Source of the DNA: Chiloscyllium plagiosum
Lineage: Eukaryota
Reading direction: 5' to 3'
NCBI RefSeq assembly: GCF_004010195.1
Contig: NC_057718.1
Coordinates: 62,790,311 to 62,854,310, forward strand
DNA: 64,000 nucleotides
The position numbers and the translations under genes were made by a program. Positions 11,275 to 24,706 of the stretch are shown here, piece by piece. Under the pieces are notes generated by a model. That model was not told the DNA's origin. It did no database searches and saw nothing but the letters and a program-made list of their open reading frames with translations. Positions within the stretch are counted from its first letter, which is position 1. Every line of letters starts with the position of its first letter.

Positions 11275-13730
11275 CTACGTTATCTGTGAGAATAGTAGGG
11301 TGGTTATGGTAGGGGATTTTAACTTTCTACATATAGACTGGAACTGCCATAGTGTTAAGGGTTTAGATGGAGAGGAATTTGTTAAGTGTGTACAAGAAAA
11401 TTTTCTGATTCTATGTGGATGTACGAACGAGAGAAGGTGCAAAACTTGACCTACTCTTGGGAACTTATGCAGGGCAGGTGACTGAGGTCTCAATAGGGGA
11501 GCATTTTGGGGCCAGCAACCATAATTCTATTAGTTTTAAAATAGTGATCGAAAACATTAGACCCGATGTAAAAGTTGAATTTCTAAATTGGAGAAAGGCT
11601 ACTTTGACAGTATCAGGCAAGAACTCTGAAAAGCTGATTTGGGGCAGACGTGTGCAGGTAAAGGGATGGCTGGAAAATGGGAAGCCTTCAGAAATGAGAT
11701 AACTAGAGTCCAGAGACAGTTTATTCCAGTTAGGGTGAAAGGAAAGACTGGTAGGTGGTAGGGAATGCTGGATGATTAGAGAAATTGAGGGTTTGGTTAA
11801 GAAAAAGAAGGAAGCATATGTCAGGTATAGACAGGATAGACAGAGTGAATCCTTAGAGTATAAAGACAGTAGAAGTACACATAAGAGGGAAATCAGGAGG
11901 GCAAAAAGGGGACATGAGATAGCTTTGGCAAATAGAGTTAAGAAGAATCCATAGGGTTTTTACAAATACATTAAGGAGAAAAGGGTAACTATGGAGAGAA
12001 TAGGGCCCCACAAAGATCAACAAGGCAGCCTTTGTGTGGAACCACTGGAGATGGGAGAGATACTAAACGAGTATTTTGCATCAGTGTTTACTGTGGAAAA
12101 GGACATGGAAGAGAGAGAATGTAGGCAATAGTTAGTGACATCTTGAAAAATGTCCATATTACAGAGGAGGAAGTGCTGGATGTCCCGAAATGCATGAAAC
12201 TGGATAATTCCTTAGGACCTGATCAGGTGTACCCCTGAACTCTGTGGGAAACTAGGGAAGTGATTGCTGGGCCTCTTGCTGAGATATTTGTATCATCGAT
12301 AGTCACAGGTGAGGTGCCAAAAGACTGGAGGTTGGTTAACGTGGTGCCACTATTTAAGAAAAGTGGTAAGGACAAGCCAGGGAACTATAGACTGATGAGT
12401 CTGACGTCGGTGGTGGGCAAGTTGTTGGAGGTAATCCTGAGGGACAGGATGTACATGTTTTTGGAAAGGCAAGAACTGAATCAGGATAGTCAACATGGCT
12501 TTGTGCATCGGAAATCATGTCTCACAAACTTGATTGAATTTTCTGAAGTAACAAAGAGGGCAGAGCGTTAGACATGATCTATATGGACTTCAGTAAGGCA
12601 TTCGACAAGGTTCCCCATGGTAGACTGGTTAGCAAGGTTAGACCTCACGGAATACAGGGAGAACTAGCCATTTGGATACAAAACTGGTTCAAAGGTAGAA
12701 GACAGGGTGGTGGTGGAGGGTTGTTTTTCAGACTGGAGGCCTGTGACCAGTAGAGGGCCACAAGGATTGGTGCTGGTCCACTATTTTTCGTCATTTATAT
12801 AAATGATTTGGCTATGAACATCGGAGGTACAGTTAGTAAGTTTGCATATGAGACCAAAATTGGAGGTGTAGCAGACAGCGAAGAAGGTTACCTCAGATTA
12901 CAATGGGATCTTGATCAGATGGACCCATGGGCTGAGGAGTGGCAGATGGAGTTTAATTCAGATAAATGCAAGGTGCTGCATTTTGGGAAAGCAAATCTTA
13001 GCAGGACTTCTACACTTAATGGTGAGGTCCTAGGAAGAGTTGCTGAACAAACAGACCTTGGAGTGCAGACTCATAGCTCCCTGAAAGTAGAGTCGCAGGT
13101 AGAAGGTGGTGTTTGGTATGCTTTTCTTTTATTGGTCAGAGTATTGAGTACAGGAGTTGAAGTCATGTTGCGGCTGCACAGGACATTGGTTAGGCCACTG
13201 TTGGAATATTGCGTGCAATTCTGGTCTCCTTCATATCAGAAGGGTGTTGTGAAATTTGAAAGGGTTCGGAAAAGATTTACAAGGATGTTGCCAGGGTTGG
13301 AGGATTTGAGCTATAGGGAGAGGTTGAATAGGCTGGGGCTGTTGTCCCTGGAGCATTGGAGGCTGAGGGGTGACCTTATAGAGGTTTAGAATAATATGAG
13401 AGGCATGGATAGGGTAAATAGACAAGGTCTTTTCCCAGCTAGGGGGCATAGGTTTAGGGTGAGAGGGGAAAGATATGAAAAAGACTTAAGGGGCAAGTTT
13501 TTCATGCAGAGGGAGGTGTGTATTTGGAATGAGCTGCCAGAGGATGTGGTGGAGGCTAGTACAATTGCAACATTTAAAAGGCATCTGGATGGGTATATGA
13601 ATACGAAGGGTTTGGAGGGACACGGGCCGGGTGCTGGCAGTTAGGACTAGATTGGGTTGGGACATCTCGTCGACATGGACAAGTTACACCGAAGGGTCTG
13701 TATCCGTGCTGTATATCTATAATGACTCTA
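11275..13730 (+). mobile_element. 5'-truncated CR1-type LINE (end of APE endonuclease, reverse transcriptase, 3' UTR); inactive
   Basis: ORFs with GDFN, LDLLL, VPKDWRLVNVVPLFKK, PGNYR, QHGF, SCLTNLIEF, LVRPLLEYCVQFWSP; frameshifted. Confidence 0.92.
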
Positions 13731-14479
13731 CTCTCAACTCAATTCGACTTTTGCCAACGAAAATAAACATCACTCTATTCTTCCTAATTTGGAGTTTAAA
13801 AGTTCAAGAGATATCTCTAGCACACATCATACCTTACTGAGACTACAAGGAGAAGAGCCAAAGATCAGTGGTAAAAAGATAAAAGATTAAGTTGACTTAG
13901 AAATCTGATAACATTTGCAAGCCTGATGAGGGAATGTAATTTTGGAAAAATTAGTCAATGAAAGAAGGCAAGGAATTTTACTGTTCTGAAACCATGGAAA
14001 CTAAGCTTATTTTTCAAAAATTAGTTGTAGTTTAGTTATAGGTAATGACCATTATTTGTAATACGATAATGATTAATTGAAGTCGATGTAAAACAACATT
14101 GTCACAAAAGTGGGTTTGGGTCTGTGACTGCATGGCGAGATTGATCAATGGTCCCAGGCTAACATCAAATCAGGCTGACAGATATGAAAATATTTTGAAG
14201 TAAAATTGCTTTACTTTGAAGATACAGTTGTATGTTAAAGGAATGGAAATGGACAGAACACATGGCATTGACCTACGCACTAGAAACATCAATGAAAATC
14301 ACAAAAGCTCTCCTGACCAACATCTGGGCTTTTTTGGTGGTGGTGGGGGGTCATACCTTTCAATTCCTCAGTCATGACTGTCACCATCTATGGGTATGTC
14401 CTGTACCTCCAGGATGAAGCCACCCAAGGTAGTGGCACTGTGACATATGGTCAGGATCATTCTTGTAAACCTTGTTTGG

Positions 14480-15800
14480 GCTCATACATCCTATCTTAAT
14501 ACAGGGTTCAAAACTGCTCACAATGTTCCAAATGCAGTCTGACCAGAGCCCTCATACAGCCTCAGCAGTACCTCTCTGTTCTTGTATTCTCGCCCTGTCA
14601 AAATTAATGCTAACATTGCATGTGCCTTCCTAACGAACCTGCATATTAACTTTAACAGAAACACAAATTCTGACTTCTTTTTGTGCCTCAGATTTCTAAA
14701 GGCTTTCCCTACTTAGAAAATAGCCAATGCCTCGCTTTCCTACCAATGCACATAAACCTCCACATTGGCCACCTTGACTCTCCTACTGATCACAAATCTA
14801 TCCAACTCAACCTTAAGTAGAACCAAGGGTTCTGTCTACACAGCTTTCTGTGACAAGGAGTTTCAAAGACACTCAACCCTTAGAGAAGAAATTCCTTCTC
14901 ATCACAGGTCTTAAATTCACATCTCTTAATTCTGAGACTATGCCCTCTGGTCCTGGACTCTTCCATGAGGGGATACATCTTCTTAGCATTTACCCTGTCA
15001 AATCCACTTGAGTCCTATATGTTTTAATGAGGTCACCTTTCATTCTTCTAAGTTCCAGTGAGAAGAGTCCCAACCTCTTCGATCATTGCTTATAAGGAGA
15101 TCCCTCCATATTAGGAATTATCCCAATGAATATTCTCTGAACTGCCTCCATGAAATAATATCTTTCCTTTAATACAGGGACCAATATCGCTCTCAGTATT
15201 CCAGCTGCGGTCTCACCAGCATCTTGTACAGTTACAATAAGATTTCTCTACTCTCATATGCTAATCCACTTGAAATAAGGGCCAACATTCAATTAACCTT
15301 TGAGTTCCTGCTGCACCTGTATGTTAGCTTTGCATTTCTTGCACAAATATTCTCAAATCCCTTTATGTTACAATTTTCTGCAGTTTTTCCTCCATTTAAA
15401 TAATACTGTTCTTTTGTTCTCCCTTGCAAAATAAACAATTTCACATTTTCCCATGCTATATTCCATTTGCCAGTTTTTTGCCCACTTACTTAACCTATCA
15501 TTATCTTTCTGTAAATTGCTTCTATCCTTCTTGCAATCTGTCTTTATTTATTTTTGTGTCATCAGCAAAAAGACACTGACTTCCTTCTTCCAAGTCATTG
15601 ATATACATTGTAAACAGTTGTGGTTCCAGCACAGGAACCCACTGGTCATGAAAAAGAACCTCTTATCCCCACTCATCATTTCCTGCCCATTAACCAATTC
15701 TCTATCCATGCTAATTTACTATCTCCAACTCTTACCCTAAGTCTAAATACAACACATCTACTGATTCCACTCTATCCGCTTTGGTTAAGATTTAGTTGAC
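14480..15800 (-). mobile_element. Decayed CR1 LINE fragments
   Basis: Similar to the 1-1100 region (same ccctctggtcct...ctctt motifs). Confidence 0.7.
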
Positions 15801-18555
15801 TAATTCAAAATCTGTTCATCTCTTGCTTAACTTTATTCAGTGTTCTGCTGTCATATGCACCGAGTAGTGAATTCTGTAGATCCATGACCTTTTGAGGGAA
15901 ATAATTCCTCCTCACCTCTGATTTAAATCTGTTCCCCTAAAACTAAGAATTCCCGTTCTAGACTGCCTCACAGGGAAACAACTATTATATGCCTATGTTC
16001 AGTCAGTTTTCATCTTCCATCTATTTTTATAACAATGTTTTTCAATCTCCTTTGTGTAAATTTGTCAAAAGTTTTGTAGGACATGTAATACAACTAATTC
16101 AAATTATATCCCATGCAAGAGTTCAGTGCTTACATGTTTAACTATTGCACATTTGGAAAATGGTCCAGCACTTGGATAACTGATAAAAACGTTCTGGCTG
16201 CTTTGCCTATTCTATGGAGGTTTCTTCCTTGCCTTTTCTTCAACACTAACCATCAAGTTGACCATATTAAGTCATTGCACAGCAGGCTTGGATACAACTT
16301 TTTCATCAAAATATGTCAACAATAAGCAGGTACATTTGACACCTCAAGACATCTGAACAGTTATAACAGCACATGGAACTCGAAACAAACAGGAAGTTAA
16401 TAAAAAGAAAATTGCCAAGTAAATCAAGTACCCAAGTATTGTGTACAGCCTACTTAATAATTCACTTTACATTTTAAATAAAGATAATTTGAAGTAAAAA
16501 AAAAATTGGAACTTACTGTTAAAAGTTTAAGAAATAAATTGAAACGATTCCAAAAAAATTAAGATTAGACAGCTTACCAGCATTAGCTTTCAGAGAATAC
16601 TGGCACTACTACACAAAAACAGGTTAATTTCTCATTCATTCTTCATTAAAATTAATAGTAGAACACATGGACAGACACTAATATTGAATAGATGGCACAA
16701 GGCGATATGTTCAAATAAAATTGCTCTCACTCCCTTTCAAATTTAATCAGGTTAGTTCTAACACAAACAAAAAAGATTTCATTATCTCCTTCTACAATTC
16801 CCCCTGAGAGGGGTAGAATGGACAATTGTGGCTTTAAATATACCAGCAGCTCAAAATCTTCACAAATCAATCTAAACATGTGCCATGCACAAGATTTGAT
16901 TGCAGGAACAAACTCACCTAGGCCAAACTGCATTCTCCCTCAACAGGAATATCTTTTAGGCTAATATGCCTATAGTTACCCACTTTTTGCCTCCCTCCCC
17001 TTTTGAGTAGCAGTGTCACATTGGCAGTTTTCCAATCTGCTGATGTTTCTCCAGAATCCAAAGATGTAGGGGAGATCAGATACAAACAGGAAAAAACCAG
17101 TGTCTGATCATACACATGAAAAATAAAGCAAAACACTGTAGCTGTCAAAAGATCATTTCAAATAGTGAAATTCCATTGTTGAACTGTCAGAATCTCAATC
17201 CTGAGGCAAACAGTATTATCTGCCTTTTCCAAGGAAAAATCAAAGGGGGAAAAAAAAAATCACGGAAGAGCTTAAAATTTACGTTTAACCATAACAAATG
17301 AAGTATTTAAAAGTTTTTCAGAATGTATGCCCTCAATGGCAAGATGAGCGGCAAAGCTGACTACTGCCTGCGCAGACAATCCCCAACATGTCACAGCAGA
17401 CCCTCCTTTGGCAAGATGCATCTGTGCATAAGCAGATGCTACCACAACAATGCTCATGCACACATTAAATAAATTGCTGTGGTCCCTATGTGAATGTGCA
17501 GCTGAATGTCAAACATGGAGATTCTGAAACAATCACTTCCCTGAATTAATTAGCTAGATATGTAATCCATCAAAACTAAATGGAAACAAATTGAATTAAC
17601 TGCCCAAACATGTCTGCCTGAGAGTGAAACAATCCCAGTTAACGTCTGGAACATTGCAATATTATTTAAACTGTTCCTATTTTTACTCATGAAGAAGGGT
17701 TACTAGACAATTATGCTGAGGCTGGAAGAAAATGCCTTAGAACATATGAAGAGTACCGTGTAGGAATACTTTAGCAATACAGTGATGCAAATTTAATAAA
17801 ACTACCAAGCCACAATCACTCATATAGAGTCAAATAGAAGAGGAATTTCAACCCATCAAGTGTGCACCAATCTATCTACACTAATTCCAATTACCAGCAC
17901 TTGGCCCATATGCTGGAACTTTATGACATTTCAAGTGCTCATCGACGTACTTAAAAAGTTAAGGGATTTCTCATCTCTACCACCTTCCCAGGCAATACAT
18001 TCCATATTCCCACCACTCTCTAGATGAAAAAAAACTTTTCAAATCCCCTCTAAACCTCCTGCCATTCACTTTACAATTTTGCCTCCTTGTTATTTACACT
18101 TGAACTAAGAGGGAACAGCTGCTTTATATTTTTCCTGTCCAAACAATCTGGTCAATCATCGAGTCTTATGAATGGAATAATCTTTTTGCAAGGTTTGTAG
18201 CTCAGCGAGCAAACCTACACCCTAAATGGAATAAACATTGTACCCTATTGAGCTGAACCCCTTCTAAAGTTATAAATTTCACATTGTTAATAGTATTTCA
18301 ATCATCACAGCTAGAGGGGAAATATAATAGTCTTCAGTGATGGGCAGTGATTTGATTAGCAGTGATTTGATTAGCAGCATCATCTTTGTCCTAGGAACAC
18401 TTGCTGTACATTTGTGGTCGCTGCAAATTTTACTGCTTATAACAACATTCTTTCATTTAACATACTTTAACTTTTGGATTAATTCTTGATAGATTAATCA
18501 ACAGATTCAAGTTATTACATATATGAATTAGACGTCATTTTTCAACAGTACTTAC

Positions 18556-18719
18556 TTTAGCCGTAAAGATGGCCTGTCTGGCCTCCGGTATCATATACAG
18601 CTGCTGGATTGTGGAAGCTAAGTAACAGGTCGCTCCAAGATTTGTCAAACCTACAAACCTACACTCAGCCCGCACATCATCATGAGGCCAGTAATCCCAC
18701 TTGTATGGTGCATGAGATG
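18556..18719 (-). CDS. USP34: USP34 exon with the catalytic Cys box: (S)SHAPYKWDYWPHDDVRAECRFVGLTNLGATCYLASTIQQLYMIPEARQAIFTAK
   Basis: 164 nt; tag acceptor, gtaagt donor; USP Cys-box motif G-L-x-N-L-G-x-T-C-Y, with the Cys codon at 18625-18627. Confidence 0.97.
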
Positions 18720-19539
18720 CTATATTAGAAAAAAAGTGGAGTTTAATTCAAAATTATTTTGCCACAGTTCATATTAAATTGTACCAAACTTGTACAACTC
18801 AATGAAAAATGCATCACAAATCATAATTTTATCTTTTATTTAAGCTCTCTTCTTTTAGAGATCAAATACATTATAGAAACAATACTAACTTTTTGTCTTT
18901 GAAGCATTATGAGAATTTCTATTAGAAAAAAGTGAGAATTAAAAAAAATAAACGTGACATTGCTTCTAGCCACCAGCAATGTCTGTGAAATGTTGAAAAC
19001 TAAAATATGCAAAGGTAGAACATGCTGAGGATGAGAAAATTCAGGCAAGATAAAATTTACCCCATAGTATTAATACTTAAAACAACAATGCTGGAGCATT
19101 CACCAGAGCATAATTTTATGCATGTTTTGCTACTGAACATAAAGCAGCTGGAAGTATGCAAAAGGACAACATTCTATTCACATTGAGAACGTTTGTACAG
19201 CATGGCCAACTTCAGAGACAACCTTTAATGGGTAGGAGGACTTGGCTAACATTTCTGATTAGGTAGGTAAGTGGAAGGTAACATTCATGTTACGTTTACT
19301 CTTGGTCTGGTATGGTCATTAACAGAGTAAAATCCAGTCATCTCCCTTTGGGCTAAATGACACCTTCGCTGCTTAATCTTCTACCATCAATACTTTGGTC
19401 ATGACTACTGCCCAGAAGCTTCATTAGTCCATCTCTGTTAACATCTGAGTAACAGAAGTGGGGCGAATCCTTTTGCAGTCTGCAATGAACTTCTTCATCT
19501 TTCAGTTTTTTCAGTCTTCAAATTTAGACACACCAGACA

Positions 19540-19865
19540 CACATTTTACTCTCCTTTTATCAGCATTTTGCAGGGATCGTTCCCTCTAACCCACTCCAAA
19601 CACCTCTCCACACCCTCACAGCACTCTCCTTTGCAATCATAGAAGGTGCAACACTTGTCCATTTACTTCTCCTCTCCTCACTATCCAAGGCACCAGACAT
19701 ACCTTCCAGACGAAGCAGCAATTCACCTACAATTCACTCAATCTATTCTACTGCTCACATTGGCAAAGAGAAATGCAGACTGTGCAAGCACTTTGCAGAA
19801 CATATATGTTCTGTCAACAAAAATGATCCCGAACTTCCAGTAGTCGGCCACCTCAACACACTATT
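19540..19865 (+). mobile_element. Penelope GIY-YIG region fragment
   Basis: Decayed C-x-x-R-R-C-N-T-C-P-F and FAEH-like segments. Confidence 0.6.
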
Positions 19866-20509
19866 TTAGATCTGGTGATGAATAATGAGACGGGTTTCTT
19901 ACAATAATGCCAGAGTAAAGGATCCCATCGGAAACAGTGAACATAATGAGGTAGACTACAGCCTTCTACAGCCCCAGCTGTACATCTCTGCTGTCGTATT
20001 CGAGCCCTCTTGAAATGAATGCTAAAATTGCATTTGCCTTCCCTATTGCCAACTGAACCTTAAGAAAATCCTAAACTAAAACTCCCAAGTCCCTCTATAC
20101 TTCAGATTTCTGAAACCTTTCCTAATTTAGAAAATAGTCCATGCCTCTATTGTTCCTACCAAAGTGCATAACCTCACACTTACCAAACTTATTCCATCTG
20201 CTACTTCTTTGCCAACTCCCCTAGCCTGTCCCATGTCCTTCTGCAGTGTATTTGCTTTGACATTACGTGTCCCTCCATCTATCTTTGTGTCACCTGCAAA
20301 TTTAGCAACAATGCCTTCAGTTTCCTCATCCAGATTACCAACACGGAACTCCGTGAAACTACAGTTACTGGCTGCCATCCTGAAAAAGAACTCTTGATCC
20401 CTACTCTCTGCCTTCTGCTAGTCATGATGTGGAGGTTCCAGTTGAACTGGGGTGGATAAAATGAAAACTCACATGACACTAGGTTATAGCCCAACAGATT
20501 TTTTTGAAA

Positions 20510-20547
20510 CCGCAAGCTTTCGGAGCCCCTGCTCCTTCCTCAGGCAG
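20510..20547 (-). ncRNA. Minimal hammerhead ribozyme motif, sense to the USP34 pre-mRNA
   Basis: CUGC-CUGAGGA-A-GGAGC(aggg)GCUCC-GAA-AGCU-U-GCGG: 4 bp stem I, 5 bp stem II, palindromic AGCU. Confidence 0.75.
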
Positions 20548-20856
20548 CTCGTGAGAGAGAATACATTGGTTGCAGAATTTATAAGTAAAAGATCAAAGGG
20601 TATTACAATTTGTGCGAATGCATTGAACAAACCTAGATGGCTATTAAAGTCTTTAATCAGTTAGAATGGAAGTGCAGGTTTAGATGGATTAATATGTAAA
20701 TCCCAGAATTTCTTTTAAGTCACTGCCCCAAGATAACTTCAGGTTTTACCAGAATAAAGGTAACACCTCTAGTCAGACAATGTATTTTAGGCATGAGGCC
20801 ATGTTTTAAGCCTGTTTATATTTCTAAAGTAGGAATTTATAAAATGCCACATTTGT

Positions 20857-21174
20857 GGGCGGCACGGTGGCACAATGGTTAGCACTGTTGCCTCACAGCG
20901 CCAGAGATCCGGGTTCAATTCCCGCCTCAGGCGACTGACTGTGTGGAGTTTGCACGTTCTCCCCGTGTCTGCGTGGGTTTCCTCCGGGTGCTCCGGTTTC
21001 CTCCCACAGTCCAAAGATGTGCAGGGTCAGGTGAATTGGCTATGCTAAATTACCCGTAGTGTTAGGTAAGGGGTAAATGTAGGGGTATGGGTGGGTTCGC
21101 TTCGGCGGGTCGGTGTGGACTTGTTGGGCCGAAGGGCCTGTTTCCACACTGTAATGTAATCTGTAATCTAATCT
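20857..21174 (+). mobile_element. HE1-type V-SINE, full length, nested in the PLE
   Basis: tRNA-derived head with A and B boxes; V-domain gtttgcacgttctccccgtgtctgcgtgggtttcctccggg; LINE-derived tail gggccgaagggcctgtttcc followed by (taatc)n. Confidence 0.9.
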
Positions 21175-22386
21175 GTAAACTGACTGTCTACAGATCATGT
21201 GCTTTTTGAATAAAATAGAATATATGTGCAAATACAAATCTCCAAATGCAAATTCACCTCATGGATTTATATGTGCATGTGGGTGCGCGTGTACGTGTAC
21301 GTGCACAGGAGAGCAAGCACATGTAAGAGGATGTGTATGTGAATGCATGTGTATGAGAGAGTGTACGCGTATGCGTGTGTGAGGGAGAGTGGATGTGTGT
21401 CTGTGCTTGAGAGTGAGAATGTGAGGGAGTGTGTGAGAGAGCATGGGCGCTTGAGAGAGAAAGTGTGTGAGTGTTCTTTGCAGCCTGGAGCACCTTGCCA
21501 AGATCTTCCCTACACCTCCACTTCTCGCTTTCAAACAACCGTCAAAACTTAAACAGACCATTGTTCACAGCAAACTACCCAGCCTTCAGGACATCGAACA
21601 CACCATATAATGCTATCATGACAACTCCTACTAGACATGTCAAAGCATAGACATGAATACTACAAATGGGGACTCCACCCACCATGTGCACGTCAGATAC
21701 TCATGTGATTCGGCTAACATTGTCTGTCTCATTTGCTGCAAGCAAGGATGTCCAGAAGCATGGCATATTGGTGAAACCAAACAGACGCTATGACAATGGA
21801 TGAATGGACATCAAGCAACAATCACCAGGCATGGGTGTTCCCTCCCAATGGGGGAACACTTCAGCGTTCAAGGACATTCAGCCACAAATCTTTGGGTAAA
21901 TGCCCTCCAAGGCGGACTTTGGGACATGAAACAATGAATTTGCAGATACACTATTTTATTCAAAAAGCATATGATCCGTTGACAGTCAATGTGGCATTTT
22001 ATAAATTCCTACTTTGGAAATAAAACAGATACAAACTTCTAAAATACATTGTTTGACCAGGGTGTCACCTTTATTCTGATAAAACCTGATATCTTGGGGC
22101 AGTGACTTGAAAGAAATTCTGGGATTTGCATATTAATCACTCGAAACCTGCACCTCCATTCTAACTGATTAAAGACTTAACAGTCATCCAGGTTTGTTCA
22201 ATACATTTGCACAAGTTTTATAACCCTTTGATCTTTTACTTATAAATTCTGTGACAGACTACTGCCTAAGGAAGAAACAGGGGCTCTGAAAGCTTGTGGT
22301 TTCAAATAAACCTATCCGACTACAATCCTGTGTCATGGGACTTTTGATTCTGCTAGGCAGCCAATCCTCTGTCCATGCCAGATCTT

Positions 22387-22528
22387 TGAGGAGAAAGTGA
22401 GGTCTGCAGATGCTGGAGATCACAAACTTTCCCCATTCCTGAAGAAGGGCTTATGCCCGAAACGTCGATTCTCCTGTTCCCTGGATGCTGCCTGACCTGC
22501 TGCGCTTTTCCAGCAACACATTTCCAGC
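22387..22528. mobile_element. PLE mini-element with an intact hammerhead core (22435-22470, +)
   Basis: 14 bp TSD ccatgccagatctt at 22373-22386 and 22529-22542; CUGAAGA-A-GGGC(uuau)GCCC-GAA-ACGU-C. Confidence 0.85.
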
Positions 22529-22759
22529 CCATGCCAGATCTTGCCCCAACACCAAGGGCTCTTACATTATTTAGCAGCCTCCTATGTGGGACATTGCCAG
22601 AGGCCATCAAAACCCAAATAGATCACGCCCACAACCTCTCATTCGTCTAACTTGCTCATTATCTCTTCCAAGAATTCTGACAGATTTGTTAGGCATGGCC
22701 TCCTCTTGATGAAGCAGATCTGACTCAGTCCTATTTAACATGTAACTATCACTAAACAT

Positions 22760-24130
22760 GCAGTGCTAGGAAAACTAAAGGGGTTTAAGTCCAATCAATT
22801 CCCTGACCTAATGGAATGCATTTTAGGACATTAATGGAAGCAGTTATAGAGATAGTGAATGCACTCTGGCAGTAATCTTCCATGCATCATTAGATTCAGG
22901 AAAAGCTCCAGACTTCTTGTTGGAAAGGATCTGAGGGAAGGGATTTACATTATATAGAAAAGCAAGGACCGATTAGGGACTGGCATTGTGCATGAGAAAT
23001 CATGTCTCACTAACTTGGTTGAGATTTTTGAAGGAGTAATGAAGAGGATTGATGAAGGTAGTGATCGACATTGACTTCAGTAAGACATTTGACAAGGTTC
23101 CTCATGGTAGACTGTTTAACAAGGTTAGATTACATGGAGAACAATCTATTTGCATACAGAACTGAGTCGAAGGTCGGAGACAAAGGATGGTGGAGGGTTA
23201 CTTTTCAGACTGGACCAGTGGTGTGCCACAAGGATCGTTGCTGGGTCCACTGCTTGGTGTCATTTATTAAAATGATTTGGACGTGTATTAAAGGGGTATG
23301 GTTAGTACCCCTTTAAAGTGAGGGGGGAAAGATCTAAAAGGGACTTAAGAAGCAACTTTTTCACACAGAGGATGACACATGGGTGGACTGAACTGCCAGA
23401 GGAAGTGGTGGATGCCGGTATAATTGCAACATTTGAAAAGCATTGGGATGGGTATATGAATAGGAAAGGTTTAAGAGGGAATTGGCAAGATGCTGGCAAA
23501 AGAGATTAGGATATCTGGTCAGCATGGACAAGTTGGACCCAAGTGTCTGTTTCCATGCTGTACATTTCTATGACTCTAACTAGAGAACTGCCAATGTAGC
23601 ACCTTTACTTAAAAAGGAAAAGGAGACAGGCCTCCTAACATCTGTTGTAAAGACAATGTTAGAATCTATTATAAACAATATAATAGTAAGTAGACATATA
23701 TAACATGATCATGCAAAGTCCAGCATAGCTTCACAAAGGGGAAATGATGGTTTACAAATTTACTAAAATTCTTTGAGGATGTAACAAACAAAACAGATAA
23801 GGTGAAAACAGTGAATGTAATATATTTGGATTCTCAGAAGGCATTTCATAAAATACCACACATTATGGTACTTAAGAAGATAGAACTACATTGTGTTACA
23901 GTTAGTACGTTAGCATGGATACGTGATTTGCTAACTAACAGAAGAGTCTTGAGATATGGGGAGCATTTTCAGATGGTAACCTGTAACGAATAGAATGCCA
24001 CAGGGATCAGTGCTGGTGCCACAATTGTTTACAATGTTAATGATTTACGTACGGAAAGTGAACATACTGACGCCAAGTTTGCAGATGACAAAAAATAGGT
24101 GGGAAGGCTAGTGGTGAGGATAACACAAAG
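22760..24130 (+). mobile_element. Decayed CR1 LINE fragments (nested copies)
   Basis: RT motifs such as IYLDSQKAFHKIPH and FADD, plus a CR1 3' UTR at ~23310-23578. Confidence 0.75.
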
Positions 24131-24495
24131 GGTCAAGGCATCAATCACAAATTTTTTTATTAGCAAATTAAACGCTCATCTCTCTGCCTTGTTCTCATGA
24201 TTTACTGTAATATTCCAGTTTTATGTCAAAAATTAACTTGAATATTTCTAAAGGAATTGGTCTCAAAGATTTCTTTGGCAAGATGAAAAGTTGAGCACCT
24301 CTGTGTTTCTTCATGTTTCAAATTCTTGTCACAGAGTACAAGTTCTTCTCTGCAGTGCCTCCAGTAATTGAATCTCAATTATTTCTGGGCCACTGCACAT
24401 GGATATCATATTCAGGATGTGATTTAATCAATCAGAGAACTGTGCAAATTGTCTGTGACTTCCATTTGGCTGTACTCTACTGTTTTAGCTATGAG

Positions 24496-24706
24496 CTTAA
24501 AAATGTGTTGCTGGAAAAGTGCAGATCAGGCAGCATCAAAGGAATAGGAGAATCAACGTTTCGGGCATAAGCCCTTCTTCCTGAAGAAGGGCTTATGCCC
24601 GAAACATCGATTCTCCTGTTCCTTTGATGCTGCTTGACCTGCTGCGCTTTTCCAGCAACACATTTTTAAGCTCTGATCTCCAGCATCTGCAGTTTTCACT
24701 TTCTCC
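24496..24706. mobile_element. PLE-derived near-perfect hairpin mini-element
   Basis: Arms ~24493-24580 and ~24583-24673; 16 bp TSD ctgttttagctatgag at 24480-24495 and 24707-24722. Confidence 0.88.

Larger units (their letters stand above)
20425..22347. mobile_element. Penelope-like element with inverted terminal repeats, inserted into an antisense CR1
   Basis: Left arm (~20440-21260, minus) is the inverted copy of the right end (~21930-22347, plus); the centre has GIY-YIG remnants (YSCDSANIV, WHIGETKQ); duplicated ttctgctag at both flanks. Confidence 0.85.

Noticed and set aside
11415..13644. Active LINE or domesticated RT gene
   Set aside because: 5'-truncated, with multiple frameshifts and a mutated catalytic motif (FAYE). 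The second copy has that motif deleted.
18344..18377. Short tandem duplications (gcagtgatttgatta x2; also aactgatgtaa x2 at ~29413)
   Set aside because: Ordinary slippage or repair duplications, with no evidence of function.
20857..20930. tRNA gene
   Set aside because: It is the tRNA-derived head of an HE1 SINE, continuous with the V-domain and LINE tail.
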